A DNA stretch of 64,000 bases from an uncultured Verrucomicrobiae bacterium (GCA_963702845.1 OY969763.1:800001-864000); one strand, 5' to 3'; positions 1 through 10,933 are shown, counted from the first letter of the stretch. Numbers and translations: made by a program. The notes: a model not told the origin generated them from the letters alone.

Positions 1-748
1 AAACCTCGGGAACACTGGTTTCGAGCATGGCATCTTTTAAAGCGTCACGCCCGCTGAACGCAAGCCAGCGCTTGTTCTTGAGAATTCCGAATCGCGTGCC
101 GTGCTCGAGCCACGGTTCGTAGTTGTTCGTTCCAATAACAACTGTCGTCGGATTTTTTGCGGTTTGATTCGACAGCGTTTGCAAAAACTCGATGAGCCAA
201 CGTTGGGCGGGAACGTCCAGCCCGGACAAGGGTTCGTCGAGCAAGAGAACCTCGGGATTCAACGCCAGCGCGCGAGCGAGGCCGATTCGTTGCCGGAGGT
301 TGGGGCCAAGTGTGCTCGCGATGCGGGTGGCAACTTGAGTCAGGCCGGTGACGTTAAGCACGGATTCGACCTTTTTCGCAGCGTCCACGGGACCGAGATT
401 TTCATGGTAACGGACGGCGAGCGCGACATTTTCCAGCACGGTGAAATTGGCGAACATCCTGCCGCCATGTTTGAAGACCAAACCAATACGCCGTCGCAAC
501 TGGGCCAACTCGTGCTCGGGCACTTGCGCGATGTCGTTGCCAAAAAGCAGCACGCATCCGGCATCGGGACGTTGTAGTCCAGTGGCGGTGGAGAGCAGGT
601 CCGTTTTGCCAGAGCCGTATCCGCCGCCGACTATCCAAAACTCGCCGGCAGCGATGGTCCAATTGACCTCGTGAACGACACTTGCGCCGCTGTGTGACGA
701 AATAACATCAGCGTTTTGCAGTTCAATTAATGAGTTCGTTGTCGGCAT
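1..748 (-). CDS. ABC transporter ATP-binding protein (MlaF-like), runs off the window edge
   Basis: Manual translation from ATG at 748 (overlaps the mlaE stop): MPTTNSLIELQNAD...GGYGSGKT (Walker A)...RQRIGLARALALNPEVLLLDEP (Walker B); not in the ORF track because there is no stop in the window. Confidence 0.85.
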   Translation of the reverse strand, partial: MPTTNSLIELQNADVISSHSGASVVHEVNWTIAAGEFWIVGGGYGSGKTDLLSTATGLQRPDAGCVLLFGNDIAQVPEHELAQLRRRIGLVFKHGGRMFANFTVLENVALAVRYHENLGPVDAAKKVESVLNVTGLTQVATRIASTLGPNLRQRIGLARALALNPEVLLLDEPLSGLDVPAQRWLIEFLQTLSNQTAKNPTTVVIGTNNYEPWLEHGTRFGILKNKRWLAFSGRDALKDAMLETSVPEV

Positions 749-1596
749 CAGATTACGAGGTAAATGACGATGAACAACGCGTCGAGCAGAACGATGGCGA
801 CAACGCACTTTGCCACCGCGCCGTTAGTCGCGCTCGAGACATCTTCTAGACGCAATGGTTGCGCCAGTCCTTCATAGGAGGTGACCACTGCAATCAGAAT
901 TCCGAACCAGAGAGTCTTGAGTGCGAGCAAGACGAAGTCCTGCCAGATCAAACCACCGGCCAGTTGTTGCACGTATTGAGCGGGCGTTAGCGGCACATCT
1001 TGTAAAAATGCGAAGAGATAGCCGCTCATCAAAGTGATCAGGATTAAATAGACGGTCAGCGCAAAGACCGATAAGGCCAACCCGATGACGCGCGGAACAA
1101 CGAGGTAATGAATTGGATCAATGACCAAAGCCTCAAGCGCCTCAACTTCGTTTTGTGCGCGAGCGGTTCCGAGTTCCACGACGTTTGCTGTTCCCGAACG
1201 CGCCAGCACCAAAAGGGCCGCCAGCATGGGGCCGAGTTCGCGCACGACAACTGTATCCATCACCGTGCCGATATAATTTTCCGCACCGAACCGGGTCATC
1301 AGAAACACCGTTTGTCCGACGACCACCAGGCCAAGTGCGCACGCTAGAAAGCTGACCATTGGAAGGATTCCCAGGCCGGCTTTGGCAATTTGCGCGCGAA
1401 TCATCGGATGAATCACGTTGCGTGACCGGTCGAACTTCATAACCGTTACGCCCAGTGTAATAAGGAGAAATGCAACTAGGCCGTGGACCGTGCGAAAACC
1501 ACTGAGCAACTTGCGCCCGGCGATATCGACCATTGCGCCCGGTGAGAAATGGAAGCCTGGCGCAGCCGGCAAGTTCGCTGGTGGCGTTTGGCTCAT
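748..1596 (-). CDS. mlaE: MlaE-family ABC transporter permease
   Basis: VVVRELGPMLAALLVLARSG, ELGT...EVEALEAL..DPIHYLVVPR motifs; start chosen at MSQTPP, alternative at MVDIAG. Confidence 0.85.
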   Translation of the reverse strand: MSQTPPANLPAAPGFHFSPGAMVDIAGRKLLSGFRTVHGLVAFLLITLGVTVMKFDRSRNVIHPMIRAQIAKAGLGILPMVSFLACALGLVVVGQTVFLMTRFGAENYIGTVMDTVVVRELGPMLAALLVLARSGTANVVELGTARAQNEVEALEALVIDPIHYLVVPRVIGLALSVFALTVYLILITLMSGYLFAFLQDVPLTPAQYVQQLAGGLIWQDFVLLALKTLWFGILIAVVTSYEGLAQPLRLEDVSSATNGAVAKCVVAIVLLDALFIVIYLVI

Positions 1597-1719
1597 TGGC
1601 GCGATGTTGTAACAGATGCCGCGCGGCGGCAAGAGGGTTTGGACCGGTTGATTGGTAATCCGCATTGCGGAATGCGCGTGGTTGGCATAAGCTGCGCGCT
1701 CGTTTTTCTCAGAAATAAT

Positions 1720-2619
1720 ATGAGTATTCTTGTTGTTGGTTCGACCGCTCTGGATTCCATCCGCACGCCTAACGCGAAAAATCCGCGTTTGCTCGGTGGT
1801 TCTGCCAGTCATGCCGCCGTCGCGGCCAGTTTCTTCGCTCCGGTAAAGTTGGTGGGAATCGTTGGTGAAGATTTCCCGAAGCGCTACGTGTCGCTCTATA
1901 AGAAACACAAGATTGACCTCGAAGGTTTGCAGATCGCCGCCGGCAAAACGTTTCATTGGGCCGGCGAATACGAAGTGAACATGAACAACCGCCGCACGCT
2001 CGAAACTGAGCTCGGCGTTTTCGAAACGTTCACCCCGCGATTGCCCCAGAATTATCGGCAAAGCCAATTCGTGTTGCTCGCCAACATCGCGCCCTCGCTC
2101 CAGCACCATGTCTTGGACCAGATGAGCCGGCCGAAGCTGGTCGTCGCCGACACGATGGATCTATGGCTCAATATTGCGTTGCCCGACTTGTTGAAATTGC
2201 TGCGACGTGTCGATGGCTTCGTTCTCAATGAATCGGAAGCGCAACAGCTCACTCAGGAACACAACCTCGTCAAAGCCGCGCGCAAAATCCACAAGCTCGG
2301 ACCTAAATACGTTATCGTCAAAAAGGGCGAGCATGGCGCGATTCTTTCGGTCAATGGAACGTTGTTTGTCGCGCCGGCTTTTCCGCTGGAGCATGTGGTG
2401 GACCCCACTGGCGCCGGCGACTCGTTCGTCGGAGGCATGATGGGTTATCTCTCGACAGCGCGCGGCAGCGTTGATTCCAATCTGCGCCGCGCGATGATTC
2501 ACGGCAGTGTCGTGGCATCGTTCTGCTGCGAAGGATTCGGATTGATGGCGACCACCCGTGTGACCAAAGACAGGATTCAGAAGCGCGTAGCGGAGTTGGA
2601 AAAGCTGGTTCGATTCTAA
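1720..2619 (+). CDS. PfkB-family carbohydrate kinase
   Basis: MSILVVGS start, GGSA motif, VIVKKGEHGA, DPTGAGDSFVGG signature. Confidence 0.9.
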   Translation: MSILVVGSTALDSIRTPNAKNPRLLGGSASHAAVAASFFAPVKLVGIVGEDFPKRYVSLYKKHKIDLEGLQIAAGKTFHWAGEYEVNMNNRRTLETELGVFETFTPRLPQNYRQSQFVLLANIAPSLQHHVLDQMSRPKLVVADTMDLWLNIALPDLLKLLRRVDGFVLNESEAQQLTQEHNLVKAARKIHKLGPKYVIVKKGEHGAILSVNGTLFVAPAFPLEHVVDPTGAGDSFVGGMMGYLSTARGSVDSNLRRAMIHGSVVASFCCEGFGLMATTRVTKDRIQKRVAELEKLVRF

Positions 2620-2636
2620 CTACTGAACTGAACTGA
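2619..2636 (+). repeat. Stub tract ACT-ACTGA-ACTGA-ACTGA (5' fragments of the 37-bp element)
   Basis: Directly after the pfkB stop; same ACTGA units that precede the full 37-bp copies. Confidence 0.6.
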
Positions 2637-2733
2637 ACAACGCAGCGCAGATGACAGGCGCGCAACTGACTTTGTCTTTATAGGATGTTGGATAACCCGA
2701 AGCGCCAGTTAGCTCGATCTGGCTGGTTCGGCT

Positions 2734-3540
2734 TCACAGTTTCTCCCGATGCGGTTGGTGATCCCGATTCCAGCGGCGTAAGGCGTCGTCGCTGCTGTCT
2801 TCAAAAAGATATTGCAACGTCGGTGATTCAACGTGGCCATCGCAAAACACTACATCGGCTTTGCTTTGGTGGCGTGCAAACGTATTCCCTTCATTGTGAT
2901 GTTTTACATCAGATCAACTCGCCCGATCAATTACTGGGTTGCCGGTAAAGCCATCACCGATCGCAATCATGTCACCTGGATCAACTATTCCCGATTCGCC
3001 GACGGGAGGTGCAAGCGGGCCGTTTGCTGTAGCAGTTGTGCCGCCTAGGCCCAGCGCGCTATATTTTCCGGGGGAACTTAAGCCGACAAAGTTGTAGCCG
3101 TAAGAAAACCATGTCCTCAATGTATTTGGCGCAGGGTCGTTATTATACCAGCGGGCTGAAGGGCAGTTCCATACGCCATTTGTAAAAAAGGGCGTTTTAG
3201 ATTTTGGAACACCCAATTCTTCATAACTTAATGCTTCAGCCCAAGACCTGTAATGCTCCGAATACCCACTCCTTGAAATGTCTACATTTACGTACAAAGG
3301 GTAAAGATGGTTTTCTTGCACAAATCCATGCAAAGCGAGACCTAACTGCCGCACATTGTTGACGCATTGAATTTGCTGCGCTTTGCCTTTTGCTCGAGAG
3401 AACACGGCGAGTAATAGCGCTGCCAAAATCCCAATTATGGCAATAACGACTAAAAGTTCAATGAGCGTGAAGGCGGCACTACTCTGAAATTCTGGCCTTT
3501 GCTTTGTACCGGGTGATTGATGATCGGTAACCTTCGACAT
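2734..3540 (-). pseudogene. Prepilin-type N-terminal cleavage/methylation protein with H-X9-DG motif, interrupted by an in-frame TGA at 2914-2916
   Basis: [22 protein letters not shown] at the N-terminus; the same frame continues past TGA as SDVKHHNEGNTFARHQSKADVVFCDGHVESPTL...WNRDHQPHREKL* (stop 2734-2736). Confidence 0.8.
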
Positions 3541-3712
3541 CTTTATCGCCTTCGCCCTAAAATTGCGCTGTCACCACTTCGATGTCAACGGGCTTCGAAC
3601 ATTCGTCGGCTTGTTCTGGGCCTTTGCCAGTTCACACCCTTCTCGCTCGGGCGATTGTTTATGTGCCGCCGCATGCGGTCAACGGAGCGGGACGAAACCA
3701 GCAGCGTCGCGA

Positions 3713-3754
3713 ACTGAACTGATAGGAAATTGCTTTTTGACGCTGGCGCGGTTA
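3713..3754 (+). repeat. 37-bp element copy 1 (3718-3754) preceded by ACTGA
   Basis: ACTGA + ACTGATAGGAAATTGCTTTTTGACGCTGGCGCGGTTA read directly. Confidence 0.95.
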
Positions 3755-3755
3755 G

Positions 3756-4436
<681 letters not shown>

Positions 4437-4442
4437 ACTCCA

Positions 4443-7172
4443 TCAACGTAAATAAATCGCGCCGGTATTTGTCTTGCCCGTCCCGTCGTTGTTGCCAATA
4501 AAGGCGCCATACGCTGCGTTGCTGCTTTGCAAAACAACACCAACACCATTTCTAAGCCCTTTGATATTTGTCGGCTTGAAGTGGACGTTGAACAAACCCG
4601 TCGCTGTTATGACCGAACCTTGTAACGCGTTTGTCGGAGTATTCGACGTCTTCTGGAGGAGGTTATTGCCGCTGAACTGCGCATTGTAGGTCAATGGCAG
4701 ATTTAAACCCGAACCATCCGTGATCTGTAGCGTGCCCACGGCAACGGTCATCGCTGGCATGCTCGGCGCGTAAACTGAGCCGAAGACAGCAACAGTGTTC
4801 GTAAATCCGCCGAGATAGGTGGTCAAAGCAACGCCGCTCGGGTTCGCCGGTTTGATCCAGGTAAGTTGACCGGCGGGCGCGCCGCTGCTGAAATCGAGCC
4901 AGCCTTCTAACAGTCCCTGATGGTTATACAGGTCTACATACACCGGCCAGCGTCCGTCTTTCGAAATCGGCACCGTTTGGTTGATCGCACCCGACTCGGC
5001 GAGGGCTCCCGACAACGTCACCTTGCCAAGCGCATTGATGGACACCAGACCATAGCCGAAGCCACCCGGGGAACTTGCGGGCGCGTCGGCTGCTGGCGCA
5101 ATCGCCATCGTGTAACGAGCGAGTGCGTGTTGATTGTTTATATTGTAAATTCCGAAGTCGGCTAGCAATGGCGCGGACCATCCTTCGCTCGGACATGACA
5201 CCGTGCCGGTGATTTGTTTCGTTGCACCGGTCCAGTCCAAATACATAGCAACGTTCACAGGTGGTAAAACAACACCGCGTGCGATAGAAACTGTGCTGTT
5301 GCCCAAGGGATCAAACTGACCCTTCAATGGATATTTTGCGCCCGCTAAAAACAATCCGCCCGAATAAGTGCGGTTGAGTTGCACATTCAAATTGAACACG
5401 CCGCCCGCGCTTTGTTCTTTGATTAGCGGTTCACCCATTCCATTCGTCTCATAAAATAATCCGTTGCAGGTTCCCACGACGTCGGCAGAGTTGCCGAAGA
5501 AGAACATCCGGGTTGAAATGAGCGACGCGTCTCCAATATAGTCGAACGCCTGCACACTGAACGTATTCCAACCGGGCTGCAATGTGATCGGCGCGGTCCA
5601 TGTTATAAAGTTTTGTCCCAGTGGGGTCGTAACGCCATGTTGATCGCCGCCATTGAGTGAGTACAAAACCAATCCATCATTGCCCACGTTTGGATTCTGA
5701 TTGATATGGGCCGTCCCGGAAACAGTAATTGCCGGTGAGTTAAATACTTTGTTAGGCAGCGGTCCAACGATCGCGACACTGGGACGGTAGACGCCTGCGG
5801 GAGGACGGTATGGATTAACAACCACACTGTAAGTAGCAGTTCCGGTACAACCATTGGCATCCGTCGCAGTTACGGTGAATAAGTTGGTGCCGAGCGCGCA
5901 AGGAATACCGGTCCATGTCCCGTTACCGTGGAGCGTCAAGCCTGCGGGGATCGAACCGGCAGTCACTGAGAATGTATACGGCGGGACTCCGCTGCTGGCG
6001 CTAAGGTCGGCTGTCGGGTAAACTTCAGCCGTAGCATCACCGCCACCACACACTAAAACACTGCCATCATGAAGGAGCACTTGTCGGTGAAAACTGCGGG
6101 CGAAGGTCATAGGGCCAGTCGGTCGCCAGTTGTTCGATTCAGGATCGTAAAGTTCGGCGGTGTTGCGTTGGAATTGCCAGGCCCCGCCTGAAACCAGGAC
6201 CTTTCCACTGGGCAACAAGGTCGCTTGATGATCGACGTGTGTCCCAACCATCGGTCCAGTTTCTGTCCATGTGTCAGTGGTCGAGTCATAGACTTCCGCT
6301 CCGCCACCAGTGGCTAAAACTTTTCCATTCGGCAACAAGTTCAGTATTTGAAACAAAGCACCGGGCGTAGCGACTTCTGCGCGGGTTCGAGCTATAGGAT
6401 CATACATGTCTGCGAACGTTGGGCTCCATCGGCCACCTGCGAAAAAAACGTTTCCATTAGGCATTAACACCGCGCCGATGTCCCGCTGAGGACGGGTCAA
6501 GGAGCTCCAGAACTGCCACGTACCTGAGGATGGATCGTATACCTGTATGTCGGAAATCGGGAAATAGCCGGAATGTGGCGGCACGCCATTGAACACTTCA
6601 CCCCCTGCCACCATCACTCTTCCGTCTGATAGCAAGGTCGCCGCCGAAAAGGCGCAGCCTTCAATCAATGGATTAGTTGGCGTCCAACTGCCCGTCGCCG
6701 GATCAAAAAGTTCTGCGCTCGCCAGGTAGTGATCGTGCTCGTTGTTAGCGTCTAAATTGAAACCGCCCGCAACGAGGACTTTTCCATCCTGAAGCAATGT
6801 CGCGGTGTGATGAGCTCGTTTGGCAGACATTGGAGCAGTGGAACGCCATGTGCCGGTCGCCGGGTCATAGATCTCTGCACTAGACACGTAACGATCGACA
6901 ACGGGTATCGGCTGAACGTTGGAATATCCGCCCGTGACGAGAACCCTGCCATCGTTCAAGACAGTCGCAGTATGATTCACGCGGGGAATAGTCATTGAGC
7001 CAGTGACATTCCAAGCAGGGGTGGATTCACCCAAATTGTCACTGGGCAAAGTCGCCGGACTGATTGTGATCGTTGGACAGGCGTCCGCGTAAGACAACTC
7101 AGGAGCGCCGAGCGCAATGAGTAAAAGAGCAACCGCTGATCGCGTAGCGGTACCGAGAATGTTAGAATTCAT
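4443..7172 (-). CDS. Secreted Kelch-repeat (galactose-oxidase-like propeller) protein with Ig-like domains
   Basis: Signal peptide; repeated HTATLLxDGxVLVxGG...AExYDPATGxW units; TFSVTAGSIPAG/FTVTATDANG Ig-like segment. Confidence 0.85.
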   Translation of the reverse strand: MNSNILGTATRSAVALLLIALGAPELSYADACPTITISPATLPSDNLGESTPAWNVTGSMTIPRVNHTATVLNDGRVLVTGGYSNVQPIPVVDRYVSSAEIYDPATGTWRSTAPMSAKRAHHTATLLQDGKVLVAGGFNLDANNEHDHYLASAELFDPATGSWTPTNPLIEGCAFSAATLLSDGRVMVAGGEVFNGVPPHSGYFPISDIQVYDPSSGTWQFWSSLTRPQRDIGAVLMPNGNVFFAGGRWSPTFADMYDPIARTRAEVATPGALFQILNLLPNGKVLATGGGAEVYDSTTDTWTETGPMVGTHVDHQATLLPSGKVLVSGGAWQFQRNTAELYDPESNNWRPTGPMTFARSFHRQVLLHDGSVLVCGGGDATAEVYPTADLSASSGVPPYTFSVTAGSIPAGLTLHGNGTWTGIPCALGTNLFTVTATDANGCTGTATYSVVVNPYRPPAGVYRPSVAIVGPLPNKVFNSPAITVSGTAHINQNPNVGNDGLVLYSLNGGDQHGVTTPLGQNFITWTAPITLQPGWNTFSVQAFDYIGDASLISTRMFFFGNSADVVGTCNGLFYETNGMGEPLIKEQSAGGVFNLNVQLNRTYSGGLFLAGAKYPLKGQFDPLGNSTVSIARGVVLPPVNVAMYLDWTGATKQITGTVSCPSEGWSAPLLADFGIYNINNQHALARYTMAIAPAADAPASSPGGFGYGLVSINALGKVTLSGALAESGAINQTVPISKDGRWPVYVDLYNHQGLLEGWLDFSSGAPAGQLTWIKPANPSGVALTTYLGGFTNTVAVFGSVYAPSMPAMTVAVGTLQITDGSGLNLPLTYNAQFSGNNLLQKTSNTPTNALQGSVITATGLFNVHFKPTNIKGLRNGVGVVLQSSNAAYGAFIGNNDGTGKTNTGAIYLR

Positions 7173-7347
7173 AAGGAAAGCGATAAACGTACCGAAGCGT
7201 TGATTTGCATGACCCGTCCGACAAGATTCCCAACCCGTTCGTCATACGGCCGAGAGTCCACCTGCTGAAAAGTAATGTCAAGCATATGCGAGTGTGCAAT
7301 GTGGAAAAACAGGTGGGTCCGAAAAGATCGTAGGATATCGGCCGAAA

Positions 7348-7560
7348 CTATTCTGAAACCATGAGCCGGTAACCGATTCCAGCTTCGGTCATGAACATTT
7401 TTGGATGCGTTGGGTCCTCTTCCAGTTTGTCCCGCAGATGACCGAGGTAGACTCGCAAGTAATGCGTTTGCGTGACGTAATTGGGCCCCCACACCTCGCG
7501 CAGAATCTGCTGATGCGTCAACACCTTGCCGGCGTGCTGCACAAATAGTCGCAATAGCGA
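7348..7560 (-). pseudogene. C-terminal winged-helix fragment of a KdpE-like response regulator, truncated at the 37-bp element
   Basis: SLLRLFVQHAGKVLTHQQILREVWGPNY..YLRVYLGHLRDKLEEDPTHPK..TEAGIGYRL; the receiver domain is missing and the frame abuts 7561. Confidence 0.85.
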
Positions 7561-7612
7561 ACTGATACTGATAGGACTGATAGGAAATTGCTTTTTGACG
7601 CTGGCGCGGTTA
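7561..7612 (+). repeat. 37-bp element copy 2 (7576-7612) preceded by ACTGAT and ACTGATAGG
   Basis: Read directly from the sequence. Confidence 0.95.
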
Positions 7613-7617
7613 AGGCG

Positions 7618-8037
7618 TCACTTAGAATCCTCCAGTCGCCTCGCCCGCAATGTCTCGTCATCATGGTTGACGCTGGCTACCAACAGAAAGGGGCTGCGAC
7701 GACCTACAACACGGAATTCGAAACCAAAATTCTGGCCCGTGAATTTTACAAGAAATGCAGAATTGGAAGGAGAAAGCTGCCATGTGCCGGTGCCGGAAAC
7801 TTCTCCGATCGCACCGGAAGACGGCGACACGGGGAAATGCGCGACCATGAAGGTGTGGTCACCATTTAATCGGAGGTATTCCGTCGGCGGGCGAGTGTGG
7901 TGTACTGCGGGCACCCAAGTCCCAGCTAACGTTGATATGTCTGGCTGTTTGTCGGGATCAGCGTAGAGCAGGTGTCTCAAGACGGCGATCGCGAGCAGCG
8001 TAGCGCCAAAGATCAGAATCCTAACGTGCATTTTCAT
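7618..8037 (-). CDS. Hypothetical exported or membrane-anchored protein
   Basis: N-terminal hydrophobic segment; LAGTW...LNGDHTF...GTGTWQL beta-rich pattern. Confidence 0.6.
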   Translation of the reverse strand: MKMHVRILIFGATLLAIAVLRHLLYADPDKQPDISTLAGTWVPAVHHTRPPTEYLRLNGDHTFMVAHFPVSPSSGAIGEVSGTGTWQLSPSNSAFLVKFTGQNFGFEFRVVGRRSPFLLVASVNHDDETLRARRLEDSK

Positions 8038-8327
8038 AATGGGTTCTATTTGATCGGCGCCTAACAGTTAATACACGACAACTGTTCGCAGATTTTTAAT
8101 AGGCGAACAAGGGTTTTTGAGGTTCAAGATTCAGATTTCCGACCTTGGAATCACCGAGAGCGGACGGCTGCGGCGTAGGAGCGTTGCGACAGCATCGCGA
8201 CGGAGCCGCTGCCGGACGCGGACGTCGTAAGCGTGCAGCACGGAAAAATGAGCAAAGTTCGCGTGGTTTCGCATAGGTTCGCTTTGCTTCTGTAGATGTG
8301 AATGCTGCGGTTTGCGAAACTGCGTGC

Positions 8328-8410
8328 GTGCCAGTCAATACGACGCATCCTGATTACGCCGCGAACCAAGCTGCATGGCTTCGCGCTCGCGATGTTTTGG
8401 CTGGCGAAGA
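8328..8410 (+). pseudogene. N-terminal stub resembling DUF4055 (portal-like) proteins, cut by the 37-bp element
   Basis: GTG start: VPVNTTHPDYAANQAAWLRARDVLAGEE then runs into ACTGA; resemblance recalled from family N-termini, not searched. Confidence 0.5.
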
Positions 8411-8458
8411 ACTGAACTGATACTGATAGGAAATTGCTTTTTGACGCTGGCGCGGTTA
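8411..8458 (+). repeat. 37-bp element copy 3 (8422-8458) preceded by ACTGA and ACTGAT
   Basis: Read directly from the sequence. Confidence 0.95.
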
Positions 8459-8674
8459 ATTCGAAAGTTTCCCCGCTTTCCTGACGCGAAGCGGACTGAA
8501 GTCCGCGCTCCTTTGGTTCGAACGTTTTAAGCGCTGATCGGATGCGTAAATCTCTGAGCCGGACGTGCGCCTGATGCTCATTGCAAAAAACAGTGGTGGC
8601 TCGAGGGTTTCCTCGTTGGTGAGTTTGCCGCCCGGCAAGGGGCGACCAGACCACGCACGAAAGGATAACGGGCC

Positions 8675-9973
8675 ATGAATAGTAAACACACCCTCTTCCC
8701 GCTGGCCATCGGACTGGCGCTGAGTGTCACGATGCCTTCCATATTTGCTCAAGCCACCGCCCCTCCCACATCCACCGGGACGGCTTCCGTGGCGCCAGCG
8801 GAACCACCATCGGCAGGACATAAGCTTAGCACCGCCGAGCTTGATAAATTGGTTGCACCGATCGCGCTTTATCCTGACCCGCTCGTCGCAACGATCCTGC
8901 CGGCGTCCGCATACCCGCTGGAAATTGTCGATGCGGCGCGCTTTGTCAAAGATACGAACAATATCGCCAAGCTGGATGAACAACCTTGGGATAAAAACGT
9001 CAAAGAAGTCGCCCGCATTCCTAAAGTCCTCGACCAGTTGAACGAGAATATCAACTGGACCACCGCCCTGGGCGACGCGTTCGTCAAAGAACCGAAACAG
9101 ATCATGGAGGCGATCCAAACGATGCGCGACAAGGCAAAACAAACGGGCGCTCTCAAATCGACACCGCAGCAAACGGTCAACGTCGTCCAGCAGGCCGGCA
9201 CACAAGTCATCCAGATCGAACCGGCACAGCCGAACGTTGTGTATGTTCCGCAATACAATCCAACCGTAGTCTTCGCGGGCATGCCGGTTGCGTATCCCGG
9301 TTATTATTATCCACCCGCGGCGTATTATCCGGGAGCCGCTGCTGCGCTCTCGTTCGGTGCTGGCGTGGCAGTGGGGGCATGGGCCGGCAACAGCTGCAAC
9401 TGGCACGGCGGCACTGTGAATGTGAACAACTACAATAATTACGCTCACTACAACGGTGCCAATATTAACAATGCAAATATCAACAATGCTCGGATCAACA
9501 ACGCAAACATCAACTCGGCCAAGATCAATTCCGCCAACACTTCAACATGGCATGCGGACCAAAGCCGTCTGAACGCCTCCGGGGCAAGCGTGGCTACTGC
9601 CCAAAGCCGCGCAGACAGTGGTTGGGGCTCGAGCGCAAGCAAGGCTAATTGGTCGCAACAGGTCGACAACGCCAGCAAGCAATTCAGTGCGGAAAATAAA
9701 ACCTTGGAATCGCACCAGGGCGAGGCAGGACAATTTGGCAGTCACGGTTTTTCGGAAGCTTCCGGCGCCGATCGTTTTTCAGGAGCGCAATCCGCTGATC
9801 GATTCAGCGGCGCAGACAGGAGCGCCTTCGACAGTTCGCACGGTTCTTTCGCTGATCGCGACGCAAGCTTTCGAGGCGACATGAGTCGCGGTGGTTTCGG
9901 CGGCGGATTCCACGGAGGCGGCGGCTTTGGCGGGTTCCACGGAGGAGGCGGATTTCATGGAGGCCGCCGTTAA
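8675..9973 (+). CDS. DUF3300 domain protein
   Basis: LDKLVAPIALYPDPLVATILPASAYPLEIVDAAR and WTTALGDAF motifs; low-complexity Asn- and Gly-rich tail. Confidence 0.88.
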   Translation: MNSKHTLFPLAIGLALSVTMPSIFAQATAPPTSTGTASVAPAEPPSAGHKLSTAELDKLVAPIALYPDPLVATILPASAYPLEIVDAARFVKDTNNIAKLDEQPWDKNVKEVARIPKVLDQLNENINWTTALGDAFVKEPKQIMEAIQTMRDKAKQTGALKSTPQQTVNVVQQAGTQVIQIEPAQPNVVYVPQYNPTVVFAGMPVAYPGYYYPPAAYYPGAAAALSFGAGVAVGAWAGNSCNWHGGTVNVNNYNNYAHYNGANINNANINNARINNANINSAKINSANTSTWHADQSRLNASGASVATAQSRADSGWGSSASKANWSQQVDNASKQFSAENKTLESHQGEAGQFGSHGFSEASGADRFSGAQSADRFSGADRSAFDSSHGSFADRDASFRGDMSRGGFGGGFHGGGGFGGFHGGGGFHGGRR

Positions 9974-9988
9974 ACCTAAACCACGGAT

Positions 9989-10933
9989 ATGTCTATGAAC
10001 TCTATTTCTCGCTCTTTGCTTAAACAGGTATTGATCTTAGCCGCCGTGCTGTGCATCACGCCGATGATGTGCCTGAAGGCCGCAACCGCCGGTAAGACAT
10101 TCGCTTCGCCGGAAGATGCAGTGAAGGCATTTTCAAACGCAGTAAACAATAATGACACCAACGCTCTGATAGTCATCTTTGGTTCGGACTTCGACCAAAT
10201 TCAGTCTCCAAACCCGGCCAGGAGACAGGAAGATATGGCAACCATCGCCAAACGCCTGAAGGAAGGCACGCAACTCGAACCTTACGCCAGCAACCGGGTT
10301 GTGGTCGACATCGGCAAAGACCGTTGGCCGTTTGCCGTCCCCATCGTTCAGACAAACGGTTCGTGGCAATTCGACACCGACGCCGGCAAGGACGAACTCC
10401 AAAGCCGCCGCGTTGGCGGCAATGAACGGGACGCGCTTAGAAGTGTCCGGGCTTACGCAGTGGCCCAGCGCGTATACGCGAGCAAAGATCGAAACGGCGA
10501 TCAGGTGCCGGAATACGCCCAGAAATTCATCAGTTCGCCCGGCCAACAAGACGGACTCTATTGGTCAGCGGACGCCGGCGGTGAAACCAGTCCACTCGGT
10601 CCACTTTACGCCCAGGCCCAAAGCGCAGCGCAGGCGACCGCAAATGGAAACGGCTCGACCGGGGCACAACCGTTCTACGGTTACTATTTCAAGATTCTCG
10701 ATCGCCAGGGCAAGAACGCTCAAGGAGGCGCTAAAGATTACGTGAACAATGGCCACATGACCGATGGTTTCGCCCTCGTTGCCTGGCCTGCGGATTACGG
10801 CAAATCAGGCGTCATGACCTTCATCATCAATCAACAGGGCAAGGTTTATCAAAAGGACCTTGGGAAAAACACGGCGGACATCGCCCAAAAGATGCAGGCC
10901 TACGATCCGGATCGAAGTTGGAACGCGGACTGA
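9989..10933 (+). CDS. DUF2950 domain protein
   Basis: FASPEDAV, WPFAVPIV, RRVGGNE, EYAQKFISSPGQQDGLYW, GFALVAWPADYGKSGVMTF; the stop TGA lies inside an ACTGA stub. Confidence 0.88.
   Translation: MSMNSISRSLLKQVLILAAVLCITPMMCLKAATAGKTFASPEDAVKAFSNAVNNNDTNALIVIFGSDFDQIQSPNPARRQEDMATIAKRLKEGTQLEPYASNRVVVDIGKDRWPFAVPIVQTNGSWQFDTDAGKDELQSRRVGGNERDALRSVRAYAVAQRVYASKDRNGDQVPEYAQKFISSPGQQDGLYWSADAGGETSPLGPLYAQAQSAAQATANGNGSTGAQPFYGYYFKILDRQGKNAQGGAKDYVNNGHMTDGFALVAWPADYGKSGVMTFIINQQGKVYQKDLGKNTADIAQKMQAYDPDRSWNAD

Noticed and set aside
101..577. Plus-strand 158-aa ORF and other long antisense ORFs (e.g. 14197-15339, 26908-27984, 34889-35794, 51816-52820)
   Set aside because: Shadow frames of well-supported genes on the opposite strand.
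2914..2916. Selenocysteine codon
   Set aside because: No Cys-type context and no evident SECIS hairpin after the TGA.
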